Shown here one piece after another: positions 47,215 through 57,215 of a DNA stretch of 64,000 nucleotides. The translations under genes were made by a program, and so were the position numbers. The notes below the pieces were generated by a model. The model saw only the letters and a list, made by a program, of their open reading frames with translations. It did no database searches and was not told the DNA's origin. Positions within the stretch are counted from its first letter, which is position 1. Every line of letters starts with the position of its first letter. Where the stretch lies: IMG/VR virus record IMGVR_UViG_2811995097_000007; one strand, 5' to 3'. The DNA is from an uncultured virus (IMG/VR IMGVR_UViG_2811995097_000007). Taxonomy: Duplodnaviria; Heunggongvirae; Uroviricota; Caudoviricetes.

Positions 47215-48839
47215 CGTGCTGCCCCCTTGGTGTGGCGTACCAGGTCCGCGTTGACACGGCCCTGACCTCGGCCAACGGAACGGGCCACAGCGGCAGGATC
47301 ACCGGCACCGTCCACGCTGATCTGCGTGGTGGAGTGAATGACGGTATCGCCTCCGGCGCTGCCGCCAGCGGCTACGGCCAGGGCCGGAGACGGGCCAAGG
47401 ACGGGCGAGCTGGCCGGGGCGTCATCGTCGCCAAAGCCGAGCATGCTGCCAAGACCGTCGGCGGCCCAGGAAATGGCGTCACCGAGAAGGTCTTTTCCGA
47501 AACCAAGTACGGCTTTTATGTTTTCGATTAAAGCTGTGAGGAGGTCTCTCAGGTGACTCAGGGCTTCACCAACGGCATCGACGGCCCCCGAAAAATCACC
47601 TTGGAATAACCGGACAAGGGCTTGGACTAGAGCAATCACAGCGCCCAAGATAGAGCCAACGGTGGAAAGGAATTGCTTGCCCCAAAGACCGATGATTTCA
47701 AACAACGGCCCCTTGATGACACTCCAGAGCTGGCCAAGCATGTCCAACAGACCGGACACGCCGTTAATGATTTCGCCGATGTCGTCAGCCCATGGCCCCC
47801 AATCAATAAGGCTGTCGCCGCCGTCCTTCCAGACCATGAAATCGTCGATGAGCGCCAGCAGCGCGATGAGACTGGTGATGATGATGCCGAGCGGCGTGGC
47901 CAGGAATGCCAGGTTGAGATAACGCCAGGCAGCTGCGAAAGCCAATACGCCCAGGATAAGCGCCTGGGTGCCGGAATCCAGCTTGCCGAACCAATCCACG
48001 ATCATGCCTATCCAGGTCATGAGCCGGGCAGTCAGGCCAAAGAAAACTTTTCCGATTCTGAGAATGACGTCGATAATGGTTTTGAGCACCGGGATAATCT
48101 TGCCGACGTTCTCCTGAATGAGCTTGCGGAACCGGGTGACATCCCGGCCCATTTCACCCACGAAGATGGCAGCAATGCCGTCTCCTACGAGTTTGACCAT
48201 GGTGTAGAGCGCCTTGACTTCGCCCACAAATACGCGGCTGTCTTCGGCAGCCTGATCGGCGTCCACGCCCACGGCCTGGTACATGTCCTGATACGCTTGG
48301 CTAAGGCCGGAGACGTCGTCGGTGAGCATCCTGAGCATGCTGCGGTCGATGCCCAACTGATTGAGGTACATGGTGGACTTGGCCGGGTCCATGTCCTTAA
48401 CCTTTTCCCCTACCTCCATAAGAATATCCACGGAATCGCGGAGTTCGTTGTTGTTGTCCCGGATGGAGATGCCCAGGCGGTGGAAAGTTTCCAAACCGCC
48501 CTGGCCGATAGAGGCACCGGCCAGGGCTTCGGTTACGTTCTCAATGGATGAATAGAGCTTGTCGGCGGATGAACCGGACTGCTCGGCCACGAAGGCCAGC
48601 TCTTCCAGCTTGCTGACAGGTACGCCAATGGCATCCGCCATGGTGAGCAGTTCGGACTTGGAGCTGGCGATCTGGTAAATGGCCGCATACGCGCCCACAG
48701 CCAAAGCCTGAACAGCAGCGCCGAATGCCAACACCTTGGTGGTGGATTCGACAAGGGTGGAATCGAATTCCGCCGCTCCGGCTTCGTCTACCTCGAACCC
48801 TAATCGGGCCAGGAAGTCTTTCAATACCTCAGCTGCCAT
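47211..48839 (-). CDS. Tail tape measure protein
   Basis: FL..LGF.VD N-terminus, DDF.VW..GGDSLIDWG; start set at MAAEVL. Confidence 0.85.
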   Translation of the reverse strand: MAAEVLKDFLARLGFEVDEAGAAEFDSTLVESTTKVLAFGAAVQALAVGAYAAIYQIASSKSELLTMADAIGVPVSKLEELAFVAEQSGSSADKLYSSIENVTEALAGASIGQGGLETFHRLGISIRDNNNELRDSVDILMEVGEKVKDMDPAKSTMYLNQLGIDRSMLRMLTDDVSGLSQAYQDMYQAVGVDADQAAEDSRVFVGEVKALYTMVKLVGDGIAAIFVGEMGRDVTRFRKLIQENVGKIIPVLKTIIDVILRIGKVFFGLTARLMTWIGMIVDWFGKLDSGTQALILGVLAFAAAWRYLNLAFLATPLGIIITSLIALLALIDDFMVWKDGGDSLIDWGPWADDIGEIINGVSGLLDMLGQLWSVIKGPLFEIIGLWGKQFLSTVGSILGAVIALVQALVRLFQGDFSGAVDAVGEALSHLRDLLTALIENIKAVLGFGKDLLGDAISWAADGLGSMLGFGDDDAPASSPVLGPSPALAVAAGGSAGGDTVIHSTTQISVDGAGDPAAVARSVGRGQGRVNADLVRHTKGAAR

Positions 48840-49493
48840 GCTCTTGTTCCTTTGCGTCGTGGTATCGCCATTGGTTTTCGCCCTGGACGTCCAGGGCATC
48901 GTTCATCAGCATCACATCAGCCAGACTCAGGGTGCCGTCCAACAGGGACTCGTAGCGGCAGCACCCTGCCAGTACCGGACGGAGAAGCCACTCCTCTCCG
49001 TCCAGCATCCGCACCGCCTCAAAGGCTACGTCTGGGTCGCGCCGGGGATAACCCCCGGCAGGGCGTCGAAAAAACCGGAGAGGTTCCTCTTCACCACCTT
49101 GGCCGTCAGCGTCAGCATGGCCACCATGTCAATGTCCTCAAACATGAACTGGCCATCGGCCACGACCTTGGCGTATTCACCGCCGCCCTGCTTGCGCTCA
49201 ACAACGGTCAGGCAGGTGAGAATGATGAACTCGGCTGCCTTGTCATCCATGTTGGCGATCTGCTGGGCGATTTGATCCAGGGCCTTGCCGAGCTTGTCCA
49301 TATCCAGGGTCTCCATCAGCTTGGCCATGGCTATCCCGGCCTTGCCAGGCTTAGGTGCATCCTTTTCGATCTTCGTCAGCTCGAAGAGGCCAACCAAGAC
49401 GGGCGAAAGGCGGCGTACCACATGGAACTGTTTCATCGCGGACAGGGTGCCGATACGGTATTCTTTTCCTTTAACGGTGGTAGATACACTCAT
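48829..49493 (-). CDS. Tail assembly chaperone (49026..49493) with a -1 frameshift extension through 48829..49014
   Basis: T TTT TTC slippery site (minus strand, 49068-49074); the -1 frame is open into the downstream ORF. Confidence 0.75.
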
Positions 49494-49502
49494 GTCGGCT
49501 CC

Positions 49503-49955
49503 TTAAACCTGCGCTTCCGGGGCACCATCGCCCAGGTTGGTGTCGCTCTTGGCTCCATCCCATGCCCATTCGAGAATGTTGCCCTGGGCCGCCCATTCGT
49601 TCGGCGGCTTCTTCTTGAAGGCCGCGCCGGTCACGATCTCAACATCACCACGGGCCGCGTCGCGGATCGTGATGGTGTTCTTGCCGTGCCGGGCGGCGCT
49701 GCCGGTCTGGTGGTTGAACATCTGCATGAGCTGCTTGTTGACCTTGGAGGTCTTGAGCAGGCGAAGGGTCACGACACAGGCGCTGCCGGATGCCAAGGAG
49801 TGCATGACGCCGCCGTCGGCTCCTTCGGTCATGCTGTTCTGATCGCTCACGGGTTCAACGGAGATGCCTCCTTCGGCAGTGTCTTCCTTGATGGAGAAGT
49901 TGCCGCCGGGACCGTCGATGACGACGGACACGTCCAGAAAGCTATAGGCTGTCAT
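49503..49955 (-). CDS. Tail tube protein (DUF3277-like)
   Basis: YSFLDV, EGADGGVMHS; follows the sheath gene. Confidence 0.8.
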   Translation of the reverse strand: MTAYSFLDVSVVIDGPGGNFSIKEDTAEGGISVEPVSDQNSMTEGADGGVMHSLASGSACVVTLRLLKTSKVNKQLMQMFNHQTGSAARHGKNTITIRDAARGDVEIVTGAAFKKKPPNEWAAQGNILEWAWDGAKSDTNLGDGAPEAQV

Positions 49956-49970
49956 TGTTCGTCCTCCTGT

Positions 49971-51452
49971 TTATCGGTTCACATCGACCTGGACGTCCAC
50001 GGAGTGGATCGCACCGGCCAGTTTGATGGCGACCTGGGTGGGAGGAGCTTTGCGCTGTTCGCGCTCTTCCTGGGCCTGGTCGTTGATGGGCTGGGTGTAA
50101 ATGTAGAAACCTTCCTTGAGGAAATCGCCTTCCAGCAACTGGCCAAAGCCATCGGAGTTCCACACGCCGGGCGCGATGAGGCCGTTGGTGACGCCTTCAT
50201 CCAGCACCGAAGCGATGCGGCCCTGGATGCGGGTAACGCCGTCTTCGGTCTGGGGCACCTTGGTCTTGGATGTGTAAAGCAGGTTCCACACGCCGGTCTG
50301 GATCGCGTTCTGGAGCCAGTCCGTTCCGTGTACTTCGTCGAAGAAAGCACCGTTGGCCATGACGCCGTCCTCAAGGATGGCCGTATCGTTGTCGTAGCTG
50401 GCGAAGAAGTTGATGTTCTTGGCTTCCAGAGCCTTGGCCTCGGATTCTTTCAACGTTTCCGGAGTTACGCCAGGCAGGTCTTTGAAAGCCAGCGTGATGG
50501 TGGTCTTGCTGCCGCTGAAATTGACCGTGAAGGCCCGACCAAAGACGGACGCCACGGCATGAGGCACGTTGCTGTAGAGAGGGAATGAGCGCTGGTAGCC
50601 GAGCGCCTTCAGGCGGGAACCCAGGTCCGTGGTGAAAGTGGATGCCTTGGCACGGATGTCGGAGATGGTCACGCCGTAGACTCGGCTCTTTTCCGAGGCT
50701 TCGATAAAAGCCGCCACATCAATGTGCTCTTCGTCGGTGAGGGCGTTGGAGGTGGCGAACATCAGGCCGTACCACTCACTGGAAACGTCAGCCAGGGCGG
50801 CGGCGCACTCTGCCGGAGTTTCGGCGTCATAGCCGGGCACCGGCGTGTAGGCCAGGGCCTCGGTCAGTCCGGTCATGGTGGAGATATCCGTTCCTGCGGT
50901 AGGCGAGGTGGCGTGACCCATGAAGGCCGTTGCGCCGGTGGCCGCGGTGGAGATCACGAACTGGCTGCCGTCCCAGGTGCAAGTCGCACCGGACTGGCCA
51001 GCGCCGGAAAGCGCTGTGCTGATAACCGAAGCCACGCCGTTCATGTTGGATTGACCGGAGAAATCCAGAGTGGACAGGCTGGCCTCAACGCCGTCCACTT
51101 CGATTTTCATGGCCCCATCGGTGATGGCGGTCCAGGTTGCCAGCTCACTGACTGCCTGGCTGCCGCGCAAGCTGGCCTTTGTGGCGGTCTGAATCCAACG
51201 ACCAACGGCCATGACTTTGGGCTTGGGTTTCTGCGAAAAGTACAGCTCGGCGGCTTTGTACTCCGGTGAATCCATGCCGAATTCATCCGCGATGTCATCT
51301 GCGGAAGTGTAAAAACGGATTCGCTCCAGGCCGGTGATGACGTCCGAGTCACCCACGGCGCACAGTACGCCGAAATTGCGGCGCGGGACGGCCTTGCGGG
51401 ACAAGTAAATTGCCACATAGACCTTGCGGTTAACGGAAAGTCCGGTTCCCAT
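49971..51452 (-). CDS. Tail sheath protein (DUF3383-like)
   Basis: DEFG..SPEYKAA..YFSQ, DE.HG.DWL, LAGAIH. Confidence 0.88.
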   Translation of the reverse strand: MGTGLSVNRKVYVAIYLSRKAVPRRNFGVLCAVGDSDVITGLERIRFYTSADDIADEFGMDSPEYKAAELYFSQKPKPKVMAVGRWIQTATKASLRGSQAVSELATWTAITDGAMKIEVDGVEASLSTLDFSGQSNMNGVASVISTALSGAGQSGATCTWDGSQFVISTAATGATAFMGHATSPTAGTDISTMTGLTEALAYTPVPGYDAETPAECAAALADVSSEWYGLMFATSNALTDEEHIDVAAFIEASEKSRVYGVTISDIRAKASTFTTDLGSRLKALGYQRSFPLYSNVPHAVASVFGRAFTVNFSGSKTTITLAFKDLPGVTPETLKESEAKALEAKNINFFASYDNDTAILEDGVMANGAFFDEVHGTDWLQNAIQTGVWNLLYTSKTKVPQTEDGVTRIQGRIASVLDEGVTNGLIAPGVWNSDGFGQLLEGDFLKEGFYIYTQPINDQAQEEREQRKAPPTQVAIKLAGAIHSVDVQVDVNR

Positions 51453-51461
51453 GGTAATCTC

Positions 51462-52040
51462 CTACGGTTTTGGCGTAATGTCTCTGGCAAGCCCGGTGTC
51501 GGTCACCAGCTCTCCAGAGGCACTCAGTATATTCAGCACGCCATAGGTCTGGCGCGTTTCCCATTGCATATTCAGGGGCAGGTCCACACGCGGCACCCAA
51601 GCCCCGTTAACCATCTCCGGCGCGTTGGTCGGTTTCCCAATCTCGGAGACGGATATTCCAGCCTTGCGCAGCTCGGCCCTGTTCTGATCCGGCACGAGGC
51701 CGTCCCGCAGCCTAGTGGCCATTTCTTTGGCTCCAGGGCCGTAGAACGAGGCCAGCACCTCCAGTGATTCAACGGTGATCACTACGTCCTGGCCATCGCC
51801 CTCGCTGTCGTGAGTCTTGGAGGAATGGCTGCCCAACGTGTCGCTCACGCCGATGGCACACCAGTTCTCATCTTTGCCCGGTCTACGCGGCGGCTTCGGC
51901 TGATACCTGGGCCGCACCATTTCGCCGGGCAAGCCGGTCACGCCCACGACCATGGCCTGGATCGCGTCCTCAAATGCTTCCTGCTGAATCGGTGCGGACG
52001 TGGGTGTCAGATAGCCGGAGGTTGCGGACGTGTTGGTCAT
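51462..52040 (-). CDS. Neck/tail terminator protein
   Basis: GVTGLPG..VRPR.Q, ASFYGP. Confidence 0.7.
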   Translation of the reverse strand: MTNTSATSGYLTPTSAPIQQEAFEDAIQAMVVGVTGLPGEMVRPRYQPKPPRRPGKDENWCAIGVSDTLGSHSSKTHDSEGDGQDVVITVESLEVLASFYGPGAKEMATRLRDGLVPDQNRAELRKAGISVSEIGKPTNAPEMVNGAWVPRVDLPLNMQWETRQTYGVLNILSASGELVTDTGLARDITPKP

Positions 52041-52420
52041 TACCCATTCTCCTCAACATCACGGCCCACAACGCTGGTAGACTGGATCAGGGCTTCGCAG
52101 AACCCAGCCAACTGCATGTAGTCTTTGACCGACTGGACCTCGTAGGTGTCTCCGCCCCAGGCGATGACGTCTGCGGCAAGCGTTTCGCCGCCTTCCGTGA
52201 GCAGCTTGGGGCTGTACACTGCAAGCGTCTCAGAGCTGCGCCGTTCTTCCGGCAGCCGTTCGATCTGCTTGGCGGTTGCGGGCAGGATCACGCCCGTCAC
52301 AGGCGTGTCCGTGTTCGTGAATTCTGCCCGGCCCTTGTCGTTGACCGTCTCCTGGGAGCGGGTCAGGATGAACTCGGTTGCGAGTTCCGGGTCTTGAAGT
52401 ATGTCGTCGAAATTCATCAT
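52040..52420 (-). CDS. Head-tail adaptor/closure protein
   Basis: Position; D.I.W.G..Y.V motif. Confidence 0.65.
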   Translation of the reverse strand: MMNFDDILQDPELATEFILTRSQETVNDKGRAEFTNTDTPVTGVILPATAKQIERLPEERRSSETLAVYSPKLLTEGGETLAADVIAWGGDTYEVQSVKDYMQLAGFCEALIQSTSVVGRDVEENG

Positions 52421-52956
52421 TTCCCTTTCTTCACCACATAGGTCACGGCCTTGCGGAGCTGGCCGGAGTCGAGCAGCGGATTGACCGCGCCGCGCTCCTG
52501 ACGGCTCTTGCCGTGCTTGGTGGGCTTGCCTTCGTCGTCACGCTGGATCACGGGACGGCGCTTGAGGGTTTTCTCGTCAAGCTCCGCCCAATCGTTGTCT
52601 ACGAACTGAGCGCGGACAGAGTTCTGGGCGATGATCCCGGCCCGTTCCAGGCTGCTGTTCACGCCGCTGACTTTTCCTTCCAGGGCGGCCTTCCCGGCAG
52701 CGCGGAGCTGATCCACGATCTGCGGGTGAGCTGCGCGGATGCCGGGAGTCAGAAACGGCCTGGCCGGGATGTTGTTGGCGGGGCTGCCCTTCTCGTGAAT
52801 GAAGCCGATCTCGGCGTTGGTGAGGTCGCTGTCCTCGTCGCTTCGGCCACCTTCCCCCGGAATCCCCACCAGCACGGATTGCATGGTGAGGGCGCGCATA
52901 GCCTTGCTCACGTCAAAGACATCGTTTTTCAAAACCTTCACGCCGGACTTGCTCAC
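52417..52956 (-). CDS. Neck/tail completion protein
   Basis: VLVGIP, IHEKGSP..NIPARPFL, PLLDSGQL. Confidence 0.75.
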   Translation of the reverse strand: MSKSGVKVLKNDVFDVSKAMRALTMQSVLVGIPGEGGRSDEDSDLTNAEIGFIHEKGSPANNIPARPFLTPGIRAAHPQIVDQLRAAGKAALEGKVSGVNSSLERAGIIAQNSVRAQFVDNDWAELDEKTLKRRPVIQRDDEGKPTKHGKSRQERGAVNPLLDSGQLRKAVTYVVKKGK

Positions 52957-53345
52957 AACTGAATGCCTCCCATGCCCACGATGTTGGCCAGGTCACGAAA
53001 CTGCTGGCCGTAGATGGTGGCATTCCAATGCCCCTCGCCGGGTTTGGCCGTGGCCGCACTGGTGTATGCCCGTGATTTGGACACCGGCCCCACGGTCTTG
53101 GATTCGCTGGCCAGAGTTCCAGCAGCAGCGTCCATACCGCCCGTGCCATCCTTGGCCTGGTTCGCCTTGGCTTCCAGGGTCAGATAGTGGGCGACAAACA
53201 GTCCGGTGCCGTCCTCCAGGAGTTCGTCCCAGCGTTCGGGTGACAGGCGCAAGCCTGCCACCCGAAGGTGGAACGCCACACGAACGTCCGGGTGCAGCTC
53301 CGCAGTGAATGCGGGATATGCTTCACGGAATCCGGCAACGTCCAT
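52953..53345 (-). CDS. Head-tail connector (DUF4054-like)
   Basis: FREAYPAF, LFVAHYL, WNATIYGQQF. Confidence 0.8.
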   Translation of the reverse strand: MDVAGFREAYPAFTAELHPDVRVAFHLRVAGLRLSPERWDELLEDGTGLFVAHYLTLEAKANQAKDGTGGMDAAAGTLASESKTVGPVSKSRAYTSAATAKPGEGHWNATIYGQQFRDLANIVGMGGIQL

Positions 53346-53348
53346 GGG

Positions 53349-54032
53349 TTACTCCTGGCCTTCCTGGAACTTGGCCCAGGCAGCGGACACCTGGTCTGCG
53401 GTCACGTTTTCACCCAGGAGGGTTTCCACGGACTTGACCTTGGGGGTGCCGTCGGTCTTGTAGTCGTCGGCGGTCAGCTTGGGGAACACGGCCAGCATCT
53501 TGGATTCGAGATCTTCCGGTCCCTGATCGCCAGCGGGATCTTCCTCTGCCGGACCGGCGGCTTCCAGCTCTGCCAGCTTGGCCTTGGTCTCGTTATGGGC
53601 TTCGACCTCCTGGGTCAGCTCATCCTCAGCCCGTTCACGGGCCTGGGTCTCATCTGCCAGCTTGGTCTTGGTTTCGCCGTGGGCGGTGACTTCATCAGCC
53701 AGCTTGGATTCTGCCTGTTCGCGGGCAGCGGTCTCATCAGCCAGCTTGGTCGCGGTAGCTTCCAGCTCGGAACGCTGAACCAGGTTCAGAGTGGTTTCCG
53801 GGTCGTCACCAGAGTCGCCTTGGGAGTCCTGGTCGCCGCCATCGATGTCGTCTTCATCGTCGCTGTCGGGCTGCTCAACGGCTCGACCTTCGTTGATGGC
53901 CGCCTGGGTGTACCAGTGCTCCACCTGTTCGTCGGTCAGCGTGATGGTGTCGCCTTCATTCGCCTCGGTCATGGGTTCGCCAGGAGCGAAACGAATCTTG
54001 AAGGAGCCTTTCTTGATTTTGAGATCGGGCAT
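53349..54032 (-). CDS. Acidic head-region protein with 14-aa coiled repeats
   Basis: KLADE repeats; C-terminal DYKTDGTPKV..V domain. Confidence 0.65.
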   Translation of the reverse strand: MPDLKIKKGSFKIRFAPGEPMTEANEGDTITLTDEQVEHWYTQAAINEGRAVEQPDSDDEDDIDGGDQDSQGDSGDDPETTLNLVQRSELEATATKLADETAAREQAESKLADEVTAHGETKTKLADETQARERAEDELTQEVEAHNETKAKLAELEAAGPAEEDPAGDQGPEDLESKMLAVFPKLTADDYKTDGTPKVKSVETLLGENVTADQVSAAWAKFQEGQE

Positions 54033-54103
54033 GGTCGGTATCCTCTTTGGAATCGGGCGGCCCGGATAGGCCGCCCGGTTGGTTACTTTGTTCTCTGCCG
54101 GGC

Positions 54104-55042
54104 CTACAGGCCGTCAGCGTAGGTCACGGTTTCCGGGTAGACGAACTCGACCTCGCCCATGGTGCCGAAGTAAGTGGTCACCTGGTGGATGCCGCGATGT
54201 TCCAGCGGAGTGCGCTGGAGCGGGACCATCGGGAACCGCACGAACTGCTTGTTCTTGGTGTAGGCGATGGCCCGGTTCTTGCCGCCCACGCCCGCGCCTT
54301 TCAGGTGCTTCATGGGTACGATGGTGAGATCGCGGCCATTGATCACTTTGCACAGGCACTTGCGCATGACGTATTCCAGGATGGATTCGCTGCCAGCGGC
54401 GGTCACGGGCTTGGTCAGGAAGCCGATGGCTGCCGGATGGAGGCCCAGGCGATCCGGGCAAATGGTGTAGCCGGAGCGGGCATAGCCTTCGTTGATGAGA
54501 TCGTTGATGTCGCTCAACATCTGGTCAGCCGTGGTGGCGTCATCCCAGACACCGGAGTAGCCCAGGGGCGTGATGGCGGGATTGTTGACCAGGCCGGTGA
54601 TGCCCAGGTCGGCATCGCCGATGTACACCTGTTCGTCCGCGTCCATGTTGTGCTTGAGCTTGATGCCCTCATGTTTCTGGGCGTCAATGGGGCGGCTCAA
54701 CTGCTGGCCCTTGAGCAGTTCGGGGATGGACCATGCGGCTTCCATGCCCCACAGGTTCATGGGCAGAGTGGTCTTGTCCGTGTTCACGGCAATGCCGTTG
54801 ATGGCGGTGGACTTGGGACCGATCCAGTTCTTGCCGGCGGTGGAGTTGGACCCCATGGCGGCCAGCGAGGTGGTGGTGAAGGCGGAGGCTTCGTCCGCGA
54901 TGGTCACGTCCTCGCGCAGGTCGATGTCCCGGTGCCAGGTGACCGAGACCAAGGGCATGTGAAGCTCTTTGTCAAGGCGCTCCAGCTCACCCACCAGGAA
55001 CGCACCGGAGTCCTGCACTTTCTGAGAATCAAAAGTAAGCAT
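54104..55042 (-). CDS. Major capsid protein (DUF2184-like)
   Basis: GAFLVGELERLD, VYIGD...G..GL.N, VRFPMVP, G.VE.VYPET. Confidence 0.88.
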   Translation of the reverse strand: MLTFDSQKVQDSGAFLVGELERLDKELHMPLVSVTWHRDIDLREDVTIADEASAFTTTSLAAMGSNSTAGKNWIGPKSTAINGIAVNTDKTTLPMNLWGMEAAWSIPELLKGQQLSRPIDAQKHEGIKLKHNMDADEQVYIGDADLGITGLVNNPAITPLGYSGVWDDATTADQMLSDINDLINEGYARSGYTICPDRLGLHPAAIGFLTKPVTAAGSESILEYVMRKCLCKVINGRDLTIVPMKHLKGAGVGGKNRAIAYTKNKQFVRFPMVPLQRTPLEHRGIHQVTTYFGTMGEVEFVYPETVTYADGL

Positions 55043-55050
55043 AGTCGCTC

Positions 55051-55521
55051 CTAGATGTTGTAAGAGATTTCAACGGAACCATCGGTATCCGCTGCGCCCA
55101 TGAACTTGGCGTTGATGGCCACGTTGCCCGTGGCGGTGCCAGCTTCGATGTCGCCGACGTCCTTGCCGGTATCGGGAGCGACGCGGACATACACATCGTC
55201 ACCCTTGGCGGCGGTGCCGGTGGCCAGCTTCGCGGCCATGTAGCCAGAGCGCAGGACACTGCAATTGGAGCCAGCCGGAGCCACGCCGGGAGTCAGCGTA
55301 GTGATGCCGCCCTGGGTCGGAGCATGGCGGGCCATGAAGCCGTAGATGTCGGCGGCATCATCACCGTTGGCCAGGGGCACGAGTTTGTCGTTTTCGAGTT
55401 TGACCGGATCGCCATGCGGCACATCGGATGCGCCGACGATGCCGGGTTCCAGGATTGCCCCGTGAGTGCGGGTCACTTCACCGGGGATTCCGCAGGGCAT
55501 GCGTTTTTCGATGACAGGCAT
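55051..55521 (-). CDS. Head decoration/cement protein
   Basis: RMP.GIPG, VLRSGY, VYVRV, EISYNI. Confidence 0.75.
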   Translation of the reverse strand: MPVIEKRMPCGIPGEVTRTHGAILEPGIVGASDVPHGDPVKLENDKLVPLANGDDAADIYGFMARHAPTQGGITTLTPGVAPAGSNCSVLRSGYMAAKLATGTAAKGDDVYVRVAPDTGKDVGDIEAGTATGNVAINAKFMGAADTDGSVEISYNI

Positions 55522-55525
55522 GTAA

Positions 55526-56731
55526 TTACCCCTTCTTGTGGAATTCGGAGTTGAGGCGGTTGATGTCCGCCGGAGTCACGGGCTTGCCGAAGTCCTTGAC
55601 GGAAACCTGGGTCAAGCCGTCCGTGGTGGTCTGGTTGTTCTTGGCCTTGGCAACCTCGGAGGCGGCCAGGAAGGCGGCGTCCAGGGTTACGCAGTCGCAG
55701 CTGTCCAGCGTGGAGCCGTTCAGCGCGCTGGCCACGACGGCACTGACGTTGGAGTCGTTGGCCGAAGCTGTGCGCAGAGCTGCGCGCTGAACAGAGCACA
55801 GTTTGTCGGTGTCATGCACAACCATATTGGGCACGAGCACCTTGGCGCGGGTGGTGGTGTCGGCGTCCACGGTACGGGCCATGGCTGCGTCGGCGGTTTT
55901 CTTTTCTTCGGGAACGTCCGGCTCGGCGGGCTGCTCTTCGTCAGCTGCGGGCTTTTCCTTTTCGGGGTCGTCCTCGTCTTCGGTGGGCTTGGAAAGGTTG
56001 CGCACCTGAATATCCAGCTCGTTGACCTTGGCCTCAAGGGCGGCAATGCGATCATCGGGAGCATCGGCGGCGGGCGTTTCCTTTTCCTTCTCGGCGGGCG
56101 GGTCGCCGCCTTCCTCATCCAGAACCTTTTTCACCTCCGGGTCGGCAAAGAAATCTTTGACCTTGTCCCGGAAGCTCTTCTTCTTTTCAGGCATGGTGTC
56201 CTCGCTTTCATCGTTGATACGGCACCGGGAACCGCAACGGCCCCGATGAACCAAGGCAATGTGATTGCCACGAATGTTGCTTTGACGCCCATGTCCCGGA
56301 GCGACCTGCTCATAATCCGCGTCATAACCGCAGGAAACCTCCCGCAGCCCCCCGCGAATCAACTTGATGGCCTCCTTGTCGGTGATCACCATGTCGGCCA
56401 ACAGCAGGTCGCTTGCCTCTCCCGCCCCGCGCCGGATGTTCTGAGCATGACCAACGGCCAGCTCCTTCCAATTCGCAGGGGTCACGTCTTCCGCAGGATG
56501 GTTGATGGTGCCGGGCTTGCCCTCAAAGGAGGCCATGGCGTCAGGATCAAAAACGGCCTTTTCGGTTCGCTCAACGCGGACCCTGCCGTCTTTGCCTGGC
56601 TCCAGTGGCACCTCGTGAGATGCGTATTCCATGAAACCCGTTCGGGCGATGGGAACAGCCGCGCACACCAAAAACCCCTCGCGGGTTTCGGCAATGTGCT
56701 CCGATAATTGTGTTTGGGTGTAAAAGCGCAT
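55526..56731 (-). CDS. Capsid maturation protease/scaffold (DUF2213-like)
   Basis: VPIARTG, SFEGKP.T..HP, EVSCGY, NHIALV..GRCG; start set at MRFYT. Confidence 0.9.
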   Translation of the reverse strand: MRFYTQTQLSEHIAETREGFLVCAAVPIARTGFMEYASHEVPLEPGKDGRVRVERTEKAVFDPDAMASFEGKPGTINHPAEDVTPANWKELAVGHAQNIRRGAGEASDLLLADMVITDKEAIKLIRGGLREVSCGYDADYEQVAPGHGRQSNIRGNHIALVHRGRCGSRCRINDESEDTMPEKKKSFRDKVKDFFADPEVKKVLDEEGGDPPAEKEKETPAADAPDDRIAALEAKVNELDIQVRNLSKPTEDEDDPEKEKPAADEEQPAEPDVPEEKKTADAAMARTVDADTTTRAKVLVPNMVVHDTDKLCSVQRAALRTASANDSNVSAVVASALNGSTLDSCDCVTLDAAFLAASEVAKAKNNQTTTDGLTQVSVKDFGKPVTPADINRLNSEFHKKG

Positions 56732-56957
56732 GGGCCAGAGGTAGCCCACACGCCCGGTGCGGTCTTGTAACGCGGGTTATAAAATGGATGGGTGCCCGGC
56801 CATTGTCAGCGCCGAAGGCTCAAAGAGAGGGAAAAGCCGGGTTGAACGGGCAGCCCCGCCGTGTTCAAAAGCGTTTATGAACACGCTTGAAGACTTTTTC
56901 TAGACTTTTTCCTTATGTGGGGTGCTCAAAAATACAAAAACGCCTCTGTGGGCGTTT

Positions 56958-57215
56958 TTAGGCGGGAGCGATCTGACCGGGTTTGAGGGTGATGATATGG
57001 AAGGTTCCGGTATGCAGCAGCTCATCACCATCGAATTCAGGTTCGCGGATAGTGAATTCGACCTCAAAGGATGCGCCTTGGTCGAAGACTTCCAGGATGG
57101 TTCCCTCGGTTCCTACGGGCACGGTATGAACCACGCCCTGGCTGTAGTGGCCCGGACCTTCCTGTGCCTCCAGCAGGCGGATGGTGTCGTATTCTTTAAG
57201 CTGTGCCATGGTCAT
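56958..57215 (-). CDS. DUF4926-like protein, putative immunity protein
   Basis: LKEYDTIRL...PVGTEGTILEV...FEVEF; ATGA-coupled to MuF. Confidence 0.7.
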   Translation of the reverse strand: MTMAQLKEYDTIRLLEAQEGPGHYSQGVVHTVPVGTEGTILEVFDQGASFEVEFTIREPEFDGDELLHTGTFHIITLKPGQIAPA

